The notes under the pieces are model-generated. The model was not told where the DNA came from. It ran no database searches and saw only the letters and a program-made list of their open reading frames with translations. The translations under genes and the position numbers were made by a program. From positions 163,928,001-163,992,000 of the forward strand of contig OZ024743.1 in NCBI GenBank assembly GCA_964016885.1: a DNA stretch of 64,000 nt, written 5' to 3'. Of this stretch, positions 1-12,900 are shown in pieces. Each line of letters begins with the position of its first letter. The first letter of the stretch is position 1. This DNA comes from Eledone cirrhosa (lineage: Eukaryota).

Positions 1-1290
1 ACGGAACCCTGATGAACACCAACTTTTACGCTAAACTCTTCACTATATTTGTTGTTAATTCTAACCTTGCTGACTGTTTCTTTATACATGGCTTGTATAG
101 CTCTCACAAGCCATTAATCTACACCTAGTTTTCTAAGAGCCCACCAGATAATGGAGCCGGAGACTCTGTCAAAGGCTTTCTCCAGGTCTACAAAAGCTAA
201 GAAGAGGGGTTTACTTTTAGCTAGGTACTTCTCCTGTAGTTGTCGTACAAGGAAAAGAGCGTCTGTGGTACTTTTACCTGACACAAACCAGAACTGCATT
301 TCATCTAGATCAATTCGCTCTCTGATTAGTTGCACTATTACTTTTTCTGTGACCTTCATGACCTGGTCAATTAATTTAATGCCTCTATAGTTTCCCCTAT
401 CTAGGGCATCTCCTTTACCCTTGTAGCAGTTAATGATGATGCTGCTACGCCAGTCCTTTGGTACGACCCCATTCTGTATAACTTGGTTTATTATACTACC
501 TTCAACTTGCACTGCTGGTCCCTCTATTGGATCGATGTGGGGGAGACTGTTTTTCTCCCATTTATTCTCCTCATTTAGTAGCCTTTCGTAATGACACTTC
601 CAAGCTACCTTCTTATCAGCGTCAGTGATGGCAAGTACACCATCATCATTACGGACACACTTCTCCCCGACAATATCACGGTTCTCCTGAACACCTCACG
701 TTTTTGGTCCACGCGTTGTAGAACATGCTTGAACTTTCTTTCCTCTGCTTCCCTTCTTGCAAAGTACACTTGTCTCCTAGCTTCCCTCCTAGCCACTTGA
801 TAGTCTTCTCTACTTCCCCCATCCCGCCATACTTTCCAAGCCTGCTTTTTGGCCTTGATTGACTCCTCCACCTTACTGTTCCACCACCAAGTTTCTCTCC
901 TCCTGCCTATAGGTCTGCTCCAGCCACAGATTTCATCTGTCGCCTTCAGCAGGTTAGCTTTCAGGAATTCCCACTGTTCCTCTATATTGTACGACTCTAA
1001 TTGCTCTTCCTTACTGTCAAAAGCATCAAGTAATATGCTTTTAAATTTATTACTGGCTGTGGGGTCCTTTAACTTCCATATTTTTCTCCTAAGGATAGTC
1101 CTCTGTTGTCGAATACGTCTCATCCTGACTATGAGGTCGCTAACTATGAGGCTATGTTGGGAGGTGCATTCTTCATGGGGGAGGGATTTAGTGTTTACAA
1201 CAGACACTCTGTCTCGTCTTCTGGTAAGGATATAATCTATCTGACTCGCGTGTTCCCCTGATCTATAGGTGATCAATTGATTGTCTCGTT
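1..1290 (-). mobile_element. RTE-clade LINE fragment (APE C-terminus, linker, RT N-half), decayed
   Basis: ORF 605-1411 has SQIDYILTR..SQH and TWWWN; ORF 114-512 has KGKGD..NYRGIKL, QFxF..GKSTTDA, AFVDLEKAFDRV. Runs off the window edge. Confidence 0.9.
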
Positions 1291-1323
1291 TTTTTGAAGT
1301 TAATATATCTGTATGTGTGTATG

Positions 1324-1394
<71 letters not shown>

Positions 1395-1406
1395 ATGTAT
1401 TTATAT

Positions 1407-1750
1407 ATCATTTCATCATTTCATTTTACGTCCGCTTTTTCCCTGCTTGCAAGGGTGGGACGGGAACTGATTCTGGCTTGATTTCTACAGCTGGATGCCC
1501 TTCCTAACACCAACCTCTTTTACAGTGAGTGCTGGGTGCTTTTTTGCCGTGGCACCTCCACGACCACTTTGCAGTGGAATGACAGGGACCCCAGTCCCCT
1601 ATCATCTCATTTCTACAGCTGAGTAAACTGGAGCAATGTGAAATAAAGTGTCTTACTCAAGAAAACAACACATCACCCGGTCTGAGAATTGAACTCACAA
1701 CCTTTCGATTGCAAGGCCAATACTCTAACCACTAAGCCATGTGCTTCCAT
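1407..1750 (-). mobile_element. SINE family A (tRNA-like head + CORE-like domain + RTE-derived 3' part)
   Basis: A-box TGGCTTAGTGG, B-box GAGTTCAATTC, CTTGAGyAAGACACTTTA core, 3' end GCAAGCAGGGAAAAGCGGACGTAAAATGA; near-identical copies elsewhere in the window. Confidence 0.9.
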
Positions 1751-1821
1751 ATATATATGTGTGTGTGTATGTATATATATATATATATACACGTATGTGT
1801 ATGTATATATATATATGTGTG

Positions 1822-1852
<31 letters not shown>

Positions 1853-2050
1853 ATGTATGCATATCTTTTGTAAGTAGGTGTATGTGAATGTACATATATG
1901 TGCATGTGTATACTGAATATTTATGTGTGTGTATATACGTATATGCACGCATGTGTATATTATATGCATATATGTGTGAGTATATGTATGTGTATGTTTA
2001 CATTTGTGCGAGCACATGCAAATGCACGTGCACTTACATGTATACGTGGT
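1750..2050. repeat. (TA)n/(TG)n compound microsatellite
   Basis: Directly visible; explains the YIYI/HTHT pseudo-ORFs. Confidence 0.95.
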
Positions 2051-2214
2051 TTTATACACTATATCCTCGTTTAGGCTTCCACACTGGTCAACACATACTT
2101 ATGTACGAGCCTAAATCCTATAACATTTCTGTTAATGTTCTCACCAGTATTATTACTTTTGCAATTATTAATATCTTCAGTTTTTTACGTTTAATCATTT
2201 TACTTTTATTTACA

Positions 2215-2381
2215 TTATCGGACGCCATGCTTTCCAGCATAGAGTTACGCCCCTTTATGGTCTGAGTTCAAATCTTGCTGAGGTTAACTTTGCCTCTTAT
2301 CCTTACGAGGTCGATAAAATAAAGTACCAGTAATGCACTGGGATAATTGCTGGCCTTGTGCCAATAGTAGAAACAATTATT
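2215..2381 (+). mobile_element. SINE family B (tRNA-like head, Meta-like domain), 5'-truncated
   Basis: GAGTTCAAATC B-box, GCCTcTtATCCTTACGAGGTCGATAAAATAAAGTACC domain, tail GGCCTTGTGCCAATAGTAGAAACAATTATT. Confidence 0.85.
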
Positions 2382-2425
2382 TTCAATATATGGTAGCTAA
2401 AAATAATTCGGCCATTCTAAAGAGT

Positions 2426-2531
2426 ATATTAGTCTAATGATTTTTTCAGAGCAAAAATGCTTTTTTCAAAGCAAGAAATTGTTCTTCTTGAAAAAAGCAT
2501 TTTTGCTCTGAAAAAATCATTAGACTAATAT
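2426..2531. repeat. Perfect inverted repeat, about 44-bp arms, 18-nt loop
   Basis: ATATTAGTCTAATGATTTTTTCAGAGCAAAAATGCTTTTTTCAA (2426-2469) is mirrored at 2488-2531. Confidence 0.9.
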
Positions 2532-2789
2532 TCTCCTTGCATATATTTCGCCCATCGTCAGAGAATGTCTTCTTGAACCAACGTTATGTCTTTCTGTTTT
2601 TTTTTCGTTGTAACGTTTTTTGAAATATTTACTTGTGTCATACATAGGAAAAATAATTGTTTTTATAAGGAACAATTTATTCATATAACATGCTCTACAT
2701 GATTACCACTCTTTATGAACATGAATTAGCACATATAGAAAATTAAAAATGTAATTATTTTTCTGATGTATTGCGACCTTTGGTCCACC

Positions 2790-2832
<43 letters not shown>

Positions 2833-2838
<6 letters not shown>

Positions 2839-3131
2839 CTTGATCACCTTGATTGACCAGTCTGTCGGGCGCCACTGCTCACAGCACATGCTGTTTTAGC
2901 CATACGATGACGCCATCCCACTGGCTGGGCGGGCAGGCCGTAAGTCTAGAGTCTGTCTTAAGCCAGAAGGCTTATCCCGGTTTCATGGCGTGAAGCGACT
3001 GAGAGTACAAGACTTCCCCCTGGACAGGACGCCAGTCCATCGTAGGGTTAAACCTCCAGCTATTGCTGGTACTCATTTTCAGCTGAGTAAACTGGAGCAA
3101 CGTGAAATAAAGTGTCTTGCTGAAGGAAACA
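2833..3131 (-). mobile_element. Third SINE type (CORE-like + V-domain-like), head missing
   Basis: Shares CAAGACACTTTATTTCAC.TTGCTCCAGTTTACTCAGCTG with family A, then GATGGACTGGCGTCCTGTCCAGGGG and a different tail. Confidence 0.65.
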
Positions 3132-3220
3132 TATCAAGCGTTAACCTTCCATATACTGTACCGATTGTGTCATTATTTTTGTTTACCTTTTACATATATA
3201 TATATATTCAATATAGAAAT

Positions 3221-3272
3221 GGCTTCTACAGGACTAAAACTGTTTCATTCGGAAGAAATCATCAGGAAAGCC
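3221..3272 (-). ncRNA. Type-I hammerhead ribozyme motif
   Basis: Minus strand: GGCTTTC-CTGATGA-tTTC ttcc GAAt-GAAA-CAG..CTG-TA-GAAGCC. Stems I and III pair; the first pair of stem II is mismatched. Confidence 0.65.
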
Positions 3273-4262
3273 CTCTGTTGAACCCAGCATAAACATATAT
3301 ATATATATATATATATATATACTATATTGTATTGTTCTCCTTTGATTTTTTTTTATTTGTTGACTGTTCTTATACACACAGAGACACACACACATATATG
3401 TGTGTGTGTATATATGTATAACTATGGTGCATTGTTCTCAGTATGAAAGCAAAAACTGGGATGTGTGATTGTCATCCAACTCCAAACCCCCCACCCCCAA
3501 CCCCCCACCCCAGCCATTTCTGTGACAACAAAGATGTAATCCCCACAAAAAAATTTAAAGGTGTGATTTCTATTCTGTTTTCTCTGACCCCATTTTTGTG
3601 TATTTATTCTGATATGTCAAGGACTTATCTTTGTTGTCAAAACAAATCTACCCCATCCTCTCACCAATCAGCCTTAATTCCCCCACCCCAACCATCTGCC
3701 CTAAATCCCTAAATATTTTATTTCATAACAATTGGCCCCTTTCTGTCACATCTTTAAGTCCTCCCTTCACCCAAAGCACTCTTCTTCAGTAGTTATCAGT
3801 AGCAGCAAGAGCAATAAGATTATCAGCAGCAGCAGCATCTAGAGAGCCATCATCATAGGCATCATTATCATCACTATCATCTTCATAGTCACCATCAACA
3901 TAATCATCATCATCCAAGCAGCAGCTGCTGGTGAAACAGGGCTTTTTTTTAGGAGGTGTTGGTGAGGATGATGGTGGTAATTACTCTCTGGGATCCAAAA
4001 TAATGGGGGGGGGGGGGGCAGTAATTTTTCCATGTTGTCTCCCATTATTTTTTTCTAAAAACACAATTAGTTTTTTAGGTTACATATTGAGACCCCCCCC
4101 CCCCCCGATTCATCCTATTTATTATATAACATGAGATTTCTTGTAATGTTAAATTTTGGTCATGTGTAACAGTTTTTTAATGTCTAACCTTTTAGTACTT
4201 ACATAACTCTCTATATACTATTGTATTTTCACCGTAAAGGCTTTACCTCACAATATCTTACA

Positions 4263-4574
4263 TAATTGTTTCTACTATTGGCACAAGGCCAGCAATTATC
4301 CAGTACATTACTGGTACTTTATTTTATCGACCCTGTAAGGATGAAAGGCAAAGTGAACCTCGGCGGGATTTGAACTCATCTTACATAATTGTTTCTACTT
4401 TAGGCACAAGGCCAGCAATTACCCAGTACATTACTGGTACTTTATTTTATCGACTCCGTAAGGATGAAAGGCAAAGTTAACCTCGGCGGGATTTGAACTC
4501 AGACTGTAAAGGGACGTAACTATGCTAGAAAGCATGGTGTTCAACCCTCTACCGATACTGCCAATCCACCGCCC
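4263..4574 (-). mobile_element. Two tandem SINE-B copies (truncated 4263-4378; near full 4386-4574)
   Basis: Same Meta-like domain and tail; flanked by repeated ATCTTAyATAAT. Confidence 0.88.
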
Positions 4575-4902
4575 TTCACTCATCTTATATAATATCGGCC
4601 AGTTATGGTTGGTTTGAACTGAAAGAGGTGAGAGAATTCTGGACGGATATGGCTGGTTTAACTGCTAAAGTGTTAAAGAAAATTAATTGTCGCAAAAATG
4701 CTACCACTTAAAATAAAATTTTGCCGGAGATAAATTAACAAAATTTTCACCTCACACCTCTTGAAGCTTAACATTTTCATAGCTATGTACATATGTGTGT
4801 ATACATTTAATATTGATGGTCACAAGAATAAGTACTCAATACGATAAGAGATATTGATAATATTTCTCAAGGTCATGTCAGAGACCTGTTACTCCAGAGC
4901 AG

Positions 4903-4904
<2 letters not shown>

Positions 4905-4934
<30 letters not shown>

Positions 4935-7900
4935 GTCATTTTATGTCCGCCTTTCCCTGCTTGCAAGGGTGGGATGGGTCCTATTCAGCACAGCATCTCT
5001 CCATTCATCTCCGTGAGCTTCAGTGATCTGAAGTCAGCTCTCACCTCCTCCAGCCATGATTTTTGTGGTCTTCTACTGGGATTTCTTGGCACTTCTTCAC
5101 CCAGCGGTCATCCTCCATGCACATCACATGTCCATACCAACGCAGTCTTTTCTCCTGCACACTACAGCTTATCCCTCTTATACGCAGTTTCTCTCCCAAC
5201 TCGTCTATACTTGGTCATTCATGCATATTGACATTGCACATCCAACAGGGCATGCTTGCTTTATTTCTCTCCAGCCATCACATATCCTCCGCAGTTGCTG
5301 CAGCATCATGCATCTCACACAGGCATCATATAACCGGCCTTTCATTCGTAGGGAGAAAAATTTCTTTGTCAACAGAGGAAGCAGCTCCCTAAACTTCTTC
5401 CAACCTGTCCTTATTCTTGATACTATGGCCTCAGAGCACCCTCCTCCCTTGCTAATCTGATCACCTAGGTATCAGAAGCTATCAACCACCTCTAAAGATC
5501 CTACCTGCATTTGAAAAATGTGTCTATCACTGCAACTTCTACTGTCAAATTTCCCTGTACATCTACTGCAAATGTAGTTTTCCCTACCTGTTAGTTTGCC
5601 TGCTATCCCACTTCATCTCTTGTGTACCCAAGATCTGCATTGTGTACATTTTATAGAATTTATGCCAACTCCTTTTCTACATATCGAACATGGCCATTTC
5701 CCTGATGGAATCAGAGTTTTGTCCTCTTTTCTACTTATCAACACTTTAGTCTTAGCTAAGTTCACTCTCAGTCCTCTTCATTCCAACTGCTGTTTCCATA
5801 GCCAGAATTTATTCTCCAGCTCCTCTACTGATTCTGCTATAAGAACCAGATCATCAGCATAGAGAAGTTCCCATGGACAGCCAGTCTTAAACTCCTCTGT
5901 TATGGCTTGGAGAACTATAATGAACAAGAGCGGGCTAAGAACCGAGCCCTGATGAACTCCTACTTGTATCTGGAAATTCCTCACTAAACTCTATTCCTAC
6001 TCTCAATTTACTGGCAGCACCCCTGTACATAGCTTACACTGTCCGCACAAGCCATTCCTCTACAACTAGTTTCCTTGGGGAGCACAAGATGACAGATTGG
6101 GATACTCTATCAAAGGCCTTCTCTAGGTCAACAAAAGCTAAGTGTAGTGGCTTATCCTTCTCTAAGAACCTCTCTTGTAGTTGTCTCACTAAGAAGAGGG
6201 CATCTGTTGTACTTTTCCCAGGCACAAAGACAAACTACATCTCATCTAATTTTACCCTTTCTCTAATTAGTTGTGCTAGTATTCTTTATGCCACTATCAT
6301 AACCTGATCCATCAGTTTTATGCCCCTATAATTGCTCCTCTCTAGAGCATGCCCTTTACCTTTGTAGCAATTTATAAGAATACTGCTGCACCAGTCTGAT
6401 TGATGATGCGTGCAACCAGTTTAGTGCCTACGTCACCTCATGGTCCAGCAGCCTTACCACTTTTCATTTCCTTAATTGCCTCTTTGACTCTATAGTCATC
6501 AATCTCAATAGCTGGTCCCTCTGTTGGGTCTACTGGGGGTAGTTTCTCTTTCTCCCATTCGTTCTCAACATTCATCAGTCTCTCATAATGACATTCCAGG
6601 CCTCCTTTTTCTGAGTACCAAGTGCACCAGCATCATTTTGGACACACTTATCTCCAACAACATCCTGATTTACACTGACACACTGCCTTGCAATGTGGAA
6701 CTCCTACTCTCAGCTTCCCTGCTTGCTAAGTACACCTGACGTCTAGCTTCTCTTTTGGCGGCTGTGTATTGGTCTCTACTCCCACCATTTTTCCAAGCGT
6801 TCCATGCTAGCCTTTGGTCTCTAATGGCCATATCTACCATGCTGTCCCACCACCAGATCACTCTCTGTCTGGTTGGAGCTCTGCTCCAGCCACAAGTTTC
6901 TTCAGTAGCCTGCAGTAAGTTGTCACATAAGAAATTCCAGTTATCATCTATATCATATGATTCTAACTCATCTTCTTTTTCATCATACACATCTTGAAGG
7001 GCTTTCCTAAATTTATATTTTAGTGAAAGGTCTTTTAGCTTCCAGACCTTCTTTTTCCACACCTTCCTGTGTGTCTCATTTTGTCTCTTGCTTATTGAAC
7101 TGTCACTAATGACTAACCTATGCTGTGGGGTACATTCTTCCCCGGGGTATGCCTTAGTATTTGACACCATGTCTGTCTGTCTCATTGCCCAATTAGCAAT
7201 AAGTCAATCTGGCTTATGTGCTCGCCTGATTGGTAAGTTTCCTGAAGTTAGTGTTGCAAAGGGTTAGTTCTCTTGCATCACAAAATTCAAGAAGCCTCAC
7301 TCCTTCTTTGTTTCTTAAGCCATAATCATGACCCCCATGTACCCCAGTGTATCCATCCTGGAGCAGACCAACATGACCATTGAAGTCCCCTGCTAGTATA
7401 ACTAGGTCTCTGTCCTCTGTCATTGTGGTTGTTTCTAGAAGTTCTTCTCTTCTTTACCTACACCTGCCTGGGGAGCATAGGTAGAGATAATTGTCAGCAG
7501 TCTCTTGCTTACAACTAATCTAATCTTAATTATTCTATTACTAACTCTAACTACCTCTATTGTCTTATCGATCCATCTCTTAGCCAGGAAAATGCCTACT
7601 CCCCCTAACCCATCATCATTTCCTACCCAGAAAAGCTTATAGCTAAGATGTTTGCCTGCAATTAGTCTTGCTGAGGCACCTCTCCTTCTCATCTCTTGCA
7701 CACATCCACATGTCTTACTCTAGCATCTCCGCTATCTCACCAGATCTATCTGTCAGGGTGCCAACATTAAGTGTGGCAACCCTGAGATGCGACGTCTTTC
7801 GTTGTTTCTTCCTTTTCTGCAAAGAAAAATGGTTTATAATCATGTTGTTGTGCGATTGTTTGAGGACGGGCGAGGGTTCTTGCACATGGCCTCACTAGCC

Positions 7901-8170
7901 ACCCCACTACCGTGCGCAACCCTAACATGGTTAGTGTTATTGCTGTTTACGCCATTATTGCAATATTTATTTGTTGTTGTACTCATAATTGTTTTGGCAT
8001 TAATACACTGGTTGGATGCATTTCCTAACACCAGCACCACTTTACAGCATGAACTGGGGGCTTTTATTCATGCCACCAGCACTAGAGAGGTTGTCTTACT
8101 GGACTCAGGTGTCCTCTCCACACCAGTCGTTCATAACATTTTTCTATCGTGGCACCTCTTCAGATTTTGA
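4905..8170 (-). mobile_element. Near full-length RTE-clade LINE (family B), many stops and frameshifts
   Basis: APE motifs (ATLNVGTL, YAPQ, GDFNGHVG), RT motifs (VHQGSVLSP, LYADD), Cys-rich finger near 5560-5700, 3' tail CCCACCCTTGCAAGCAGGGAAAGGCGGAC plus (GAT)n. Confidence 0.92.
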
Positions 8171-8585
8171 AATTCCATCCCACACCCATAGACCTAGTAC
8201 ATAAGACAAAAAAACCTGAATTTTCAGGTCAAATTATCAACTACTTAGCTGCTGTTATTTAATTAACTAACTAATGTGATTTAATTAATTAACTACTATG
8301 TTGAAACAAATGGAAAGCTATAAAACACTGAATGATGAGAAGTAAAATGCACCCCAAGAACTGAATCTTGCACTCTTGTTTAAGAACCACTGCTCTAGAG
8401 TTTTGCCTGTATATTCATAGAGTCATCTGCAGAGAATGCTAGCTTGCTGAATCTAGCAGTTCAGTGATGTCATGATGCATGACCACTAAAAAAAGAGGAA
8501 GACTTCTTGTTGAGAAAAACATGCATTGGTGGGTTGAATTAGAAAACTGGAATTCATGAGGTGTAATATATATATATATATATAT

Positions 8586-9355
8586 ACAATGTACACAATG
8601 CAGATCTTGGGTACACAAGAGGTGTAGTGGGATAGCAGGCAAACTAACAGGAAGGGAAAACTTCATATGTAGTAGATGTTCAGGGAAAATTGATAGAAGT
8701 GTCAGTGATAGGCACACTTTTCAAATGCAGGTAGGACCTATAGAGGTGGTTGATAGCTTCCGATACCTAGGTGATCAGATTAGCAAGGGAGGATGATGTT
8801 CCAATGCCATAGTATCTAGAATAAGGACAGGATGGAAGAAGTTTAGGGAGCTGCTTCCTCTGTTGACAACGAAGGGTTACTCCCTATGAATGAAAGTTTG
8901 GTTGTGTGATGCTTGTGTGAGATGCGCGATGCTGCATGGTAGTGAGACATGGGCAGCAACTGCAGAAGATATGCAAAGGCTGGAGAGAAATGAAGCAAGC
9001 ATGCTCCAATGGATGTGCAATGTCAGTGTGCATGAATGACCAAGTATAAGATGAGTTGAGAGAGAAACTGTGTATTAGAGGGATAAACTGTAGTGTGCAG
9101 GAGAAAATACTGCATTGGTATGGTCATGTGATGCACATGGAGGATGACCGCTGGGTGAAGAAGTGTCAAGAAATCCTAGTGGAAGAAAGACCATGAAAAA
9201 CATGGACAGAGGTGGTGAGAGCTGACCTCAGATCGCTGAATCTCACAGAGGAGATGACGAGGGGCGGTGACGAATGGAGAGATGCTGTGAAGAGGACCCA
9301 TCCCACCCTTGCAAGCAGTGAAAAGTGGACATAAAATGATGACCATGATGATGAT
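8586..9355 (+). mobile_element. RTE family B 3' fragment
   Basis: Inverted homolog of 4905-5650; same tail; 5' end abuts (TA)n. Confidence 0.88.
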
Positions 9356-9426
9356 ATATAAAGAATAAAAGGGTTCACATTCAGGTTTTTATTGATTATA
9401 ATCAATAACCATGTATAATTAAACAC

Positions 9427-9512
9427 GGTTACAATCGTTTCACAGATGGGTGGGTCAGGACCTATGTTAATGTTATTAGACCCGGCTCCAGCCCCAATTA
9501 ACTCATCAGACT
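9427..9512 (-). ncRNA. Hammerhead-like motif with long stem-II insert (probable PLE pseudo-LTR remnant)
   Basis: Minus strand: GT-CTGATGA...(about 60 nt)...GAAA-CGATTG-TA-AC, followed by AATAAA. Stem I is weak. Confidence 0.4.
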
Positions 9513-9944
9513 TGTTAATCAAGCAAAACAAAAATCTTATCTGATAGCATTCCATTCCAAACGATGTATACACACATATATTGGTTTGGACCAATCAACA
9601 CACAGACAGAAAGACATACTCCCAACCACACACACACATATATATATATATACACACGTACACATGTTGCGTGGTGTTTTAGTAGGTAGGAGGTAGAAGT
9701 GTGTAGGTGAAAGAGGTCTGACTCCAGGCTGCAGAGTCATCACCGTCCCAACCGACCATCACACTAGCCACATAAGCTCTCTCAACAACAATAACAGAAA
9801 CAATCCTCCCATCGGCTTGCCTTAAGTCAAGTGCCGTTCATCTTTTTCTCTTTTTATTATTACTGTGTTGGTTTGGCAAGACACTGCCGCAAGCCCCACC
9901 ACAAACAACAACCACAACATCGGCTTAAATACTAATGATAATAA

Positions 9945-12900
9945 TAATGATTTCATTTATTAGCCACAAGGGCCGACATGTAGGGGACAATACAAAGACT
10001 GAGACAATGGGGGTTTACAATAAGGTCAAGTAAAAGTGCACAATGGCAAGACTAATTTAACAATGTAGATATAAAAAATGTAAAATAAACTATGCATAAA
10101 TATAACAAAATAAATTCCCCAATAGGGTAGTGGACGACCCTGGGGTGTCTCAGGTACTCCACCAATCCTGAACCACCCTGCGCTTCTAGGGCACCCAGGG
10201 AGAGCACCCTCTCCTCAAGTTAGCTAGTCTATAGGCACATGATCAGAGTAGGCCCATTCACACGGGCCATTATCGCCACATTCATCCACCTTTTAGCAAA
10301 TGTACTGGGGGGCAGCACGTCTCTCTCCACCCTCACCTTCCTTTCCAGGTGAAACTTGAAGAAGTTGATGAGGGATTGGCCGAAGAGAAAAGTGTCTGTC
10401 TTCAGTCCTTTCAATCTGGTCCACCATATAACCTCTTTTGCAACAGCCACCAGGCAGGAAAATTTCCTGCTCTTCCTGACCTAAGGAAGGTGGCGGGTCG
10501 TTCTTTACTATGGACTCGGCAGATAGCCGGATTCGTTCCACACGCGACAGTAGCTGTTCGACATAACTCCACAAGTTAGTAATGCACGGACATTGGACAA
10601 GTGCGTGCAGAACGGTTTCGTCGTTCTGTGCGCATCTTGGGCAGGTCCGTCTGACAGCACTTCCGTGCCTGTAGAGTTTATCCCGAACCGGCAGTGCCCC
10701 CCCCCCCCCCTCGCCCCCCGTAGCACTGCCAAGCGAGGGATTTCTGGAAATTGTTCATCGTCCCCGGCTCGAAAGTCCTCCGGTACAGACTGGTCAGTTC
10801 GACTTCGTCGAGGCCCAAAGCTTCTCTGAGTGCGTCATCGCACTTGCCCACCACTAATCCTCTATGGAACTCGAGAGTGGAAGTTCCACTGATCGCATTG
10901 CCCGCTTGGTAGAGAGCAGTGAGTTTCTGGCAACATTCCAGATGCCAGTCCCCCAGTCTTGGTCTCTTCTTGACCCAGGACTGCAGCTCAGTCAAAGAAA
11001 CGAGCTGCGGAAAGGCCCGTCTGATAAATGGCAACCACACCTGTTCACCATTTAGGCAGAATATCTGGAGATATCGCAGCCTCAACGCATGGCTGCGCAT
11101 CATTAACCACGGCATGCCCAGCCCTCCGCGTAGAGGGTACTGGATGCAGATGGACCGCCTCACCAACGGAACTTGTCCCCTCCACAAGAATTTGAAGAGG
11201 AGCCGTTCCAACTTGACGAGGTGCGGACGGGAACAAGGCACGACGGTCAGGCGGTAGTAGATGACGGACGTGATGTACGCGCGACCTTTCAGTGATAGCT
11301 TCCTCCCAGCCCATTTTTGGGTGAGACTGGCTACTCTGCTCGTTACCTTGTCGCAATTCCTTTCCACCTGGAGGTCTGGTCCGAACCAAACCCCGAGCAA
11401 CTTTACCGGTCCATCCGTCCAGCGCCCAACAACGCTGTTGGACGGCATAGGCTTGCCTCTCCAGGTTCCGAGCTGCAAGCCCACCGACTTTTCAGGGTTA
11501 AGTTTGGCTCCTGTCAACCTTTCATATTCCTTCAATAAGGTGCCGACCACCTCGATTTCTGAGGTGTCCGACACCATCACAGTGATGTCGTCCGCATAAG
11601 CCGACACCGCCTTTCCATGTCCCGGTTCGAGCGGGATGCCTTGCAACAGCTCCAGCTTCCGCAGTAAAGGCTCAAGAGTCAATACGTACAGAAGGGAAGA
11701 GAGAGGGCACCCTTGACGGACAAATCGGGAGAGCCAAAATGGTTCCGAGAGGTGGCCATTAACCTTGACCACCGAGCATGTGCCGCTGTGCATTGCAGCG
11801 ATCCAGCTTCTGAAGACAAGGCCGAAGCCAACCACTGTGAGGACAAACTCCAGATACCGATGGTCGACCCTATCGAATGCTTTCGATTGATCAGTGCCCC
11901 ACCCTCTCTATGATGTATCGCATGAGGTGGAGATTGTCGTGTATGGACCTGGCTGAGATTGTGCAAGTTTGCGCCTCCCCAACCAAATCCTCGACGACAA
12001 GCGCCAATCTCTTTGCTAACACTTTGGCCAAAATCTTAAACTCTGTGTTGAGCAGAATTATGGGCCTGAAGTTGTCTAATGTATCCCTCTTGTTCTCGTC
12101 TTTCCTTATCAGCGTCACTACGCCCCGGCTCACAGAACTGGGAATACTCCCGTTTTGCTGCCAGTTGCAGTAGAGGGCTTCAAGGAGATTGGAGAACAGG
12201 TCTGGCATATTTACGTAAAGCTCGTAGGGCAGGCCATCCACACCGGGTGACTTGCTCCTCATGCAGCCGACAAGGGCGTCCTGAATTTCGACTGAAGTAA
12301 TCGGCCTTTCACAGCGCTCAGTGTCGACCATCGAGATGTGCGGCAAGCTGTTAAGGTAGGGAGTGAAATCCGCTACTCTCTCTGACTCGCCACTCTCCCT
12401 GAACAACCGAGCAAAGTGCTGGCGAAAGGCCTCACACATCCACTTGGAATCGCTTATCTCGTGTCCGTCTCGGTCCGCCAAAGACCAAATTGTGGTTTTA
12501 TTACCACGCTGTGCCTCCGCCACACGGGCCCATCGAACAGCTTTGGTTCCCTCATTTCTCAGCGCACGCGCCTTAGCTCTGACAATGCGTTTTATCTAGG
12601 TCGACTATAGAGATCACAAATTTGTGATCTGAATAGGCGACCGTTTTAAAAAGTGGGCAGCCTACACTATTTCTATCTATTTTCCTAATGAAGATCCTGT
12701 CTATATACGATCTAGATGACCCCATGCGGTTGGTCCATGTCCATACTGGCGCATTGGGGAAATGTAGTCGATACCTGTCAGACAGTTGGAACTGGCTGAT
12801 TAGGTGCTTGAGGCTTTTGCACCCCCCCCCCCCCCCGCTCCGATCAGCTACTCCCACACAATCCCAGCGTGTGTCTAAGATGCCGTTCCAGTCCCCTGCT

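Noticed and set aside
1281-2265. ORFs rich in YI/HT/CV dipeptides (also at 17.2-17.7, 54.6-55.2 and 60.0 kb)
   Set aside because: Translations of microsatellites.
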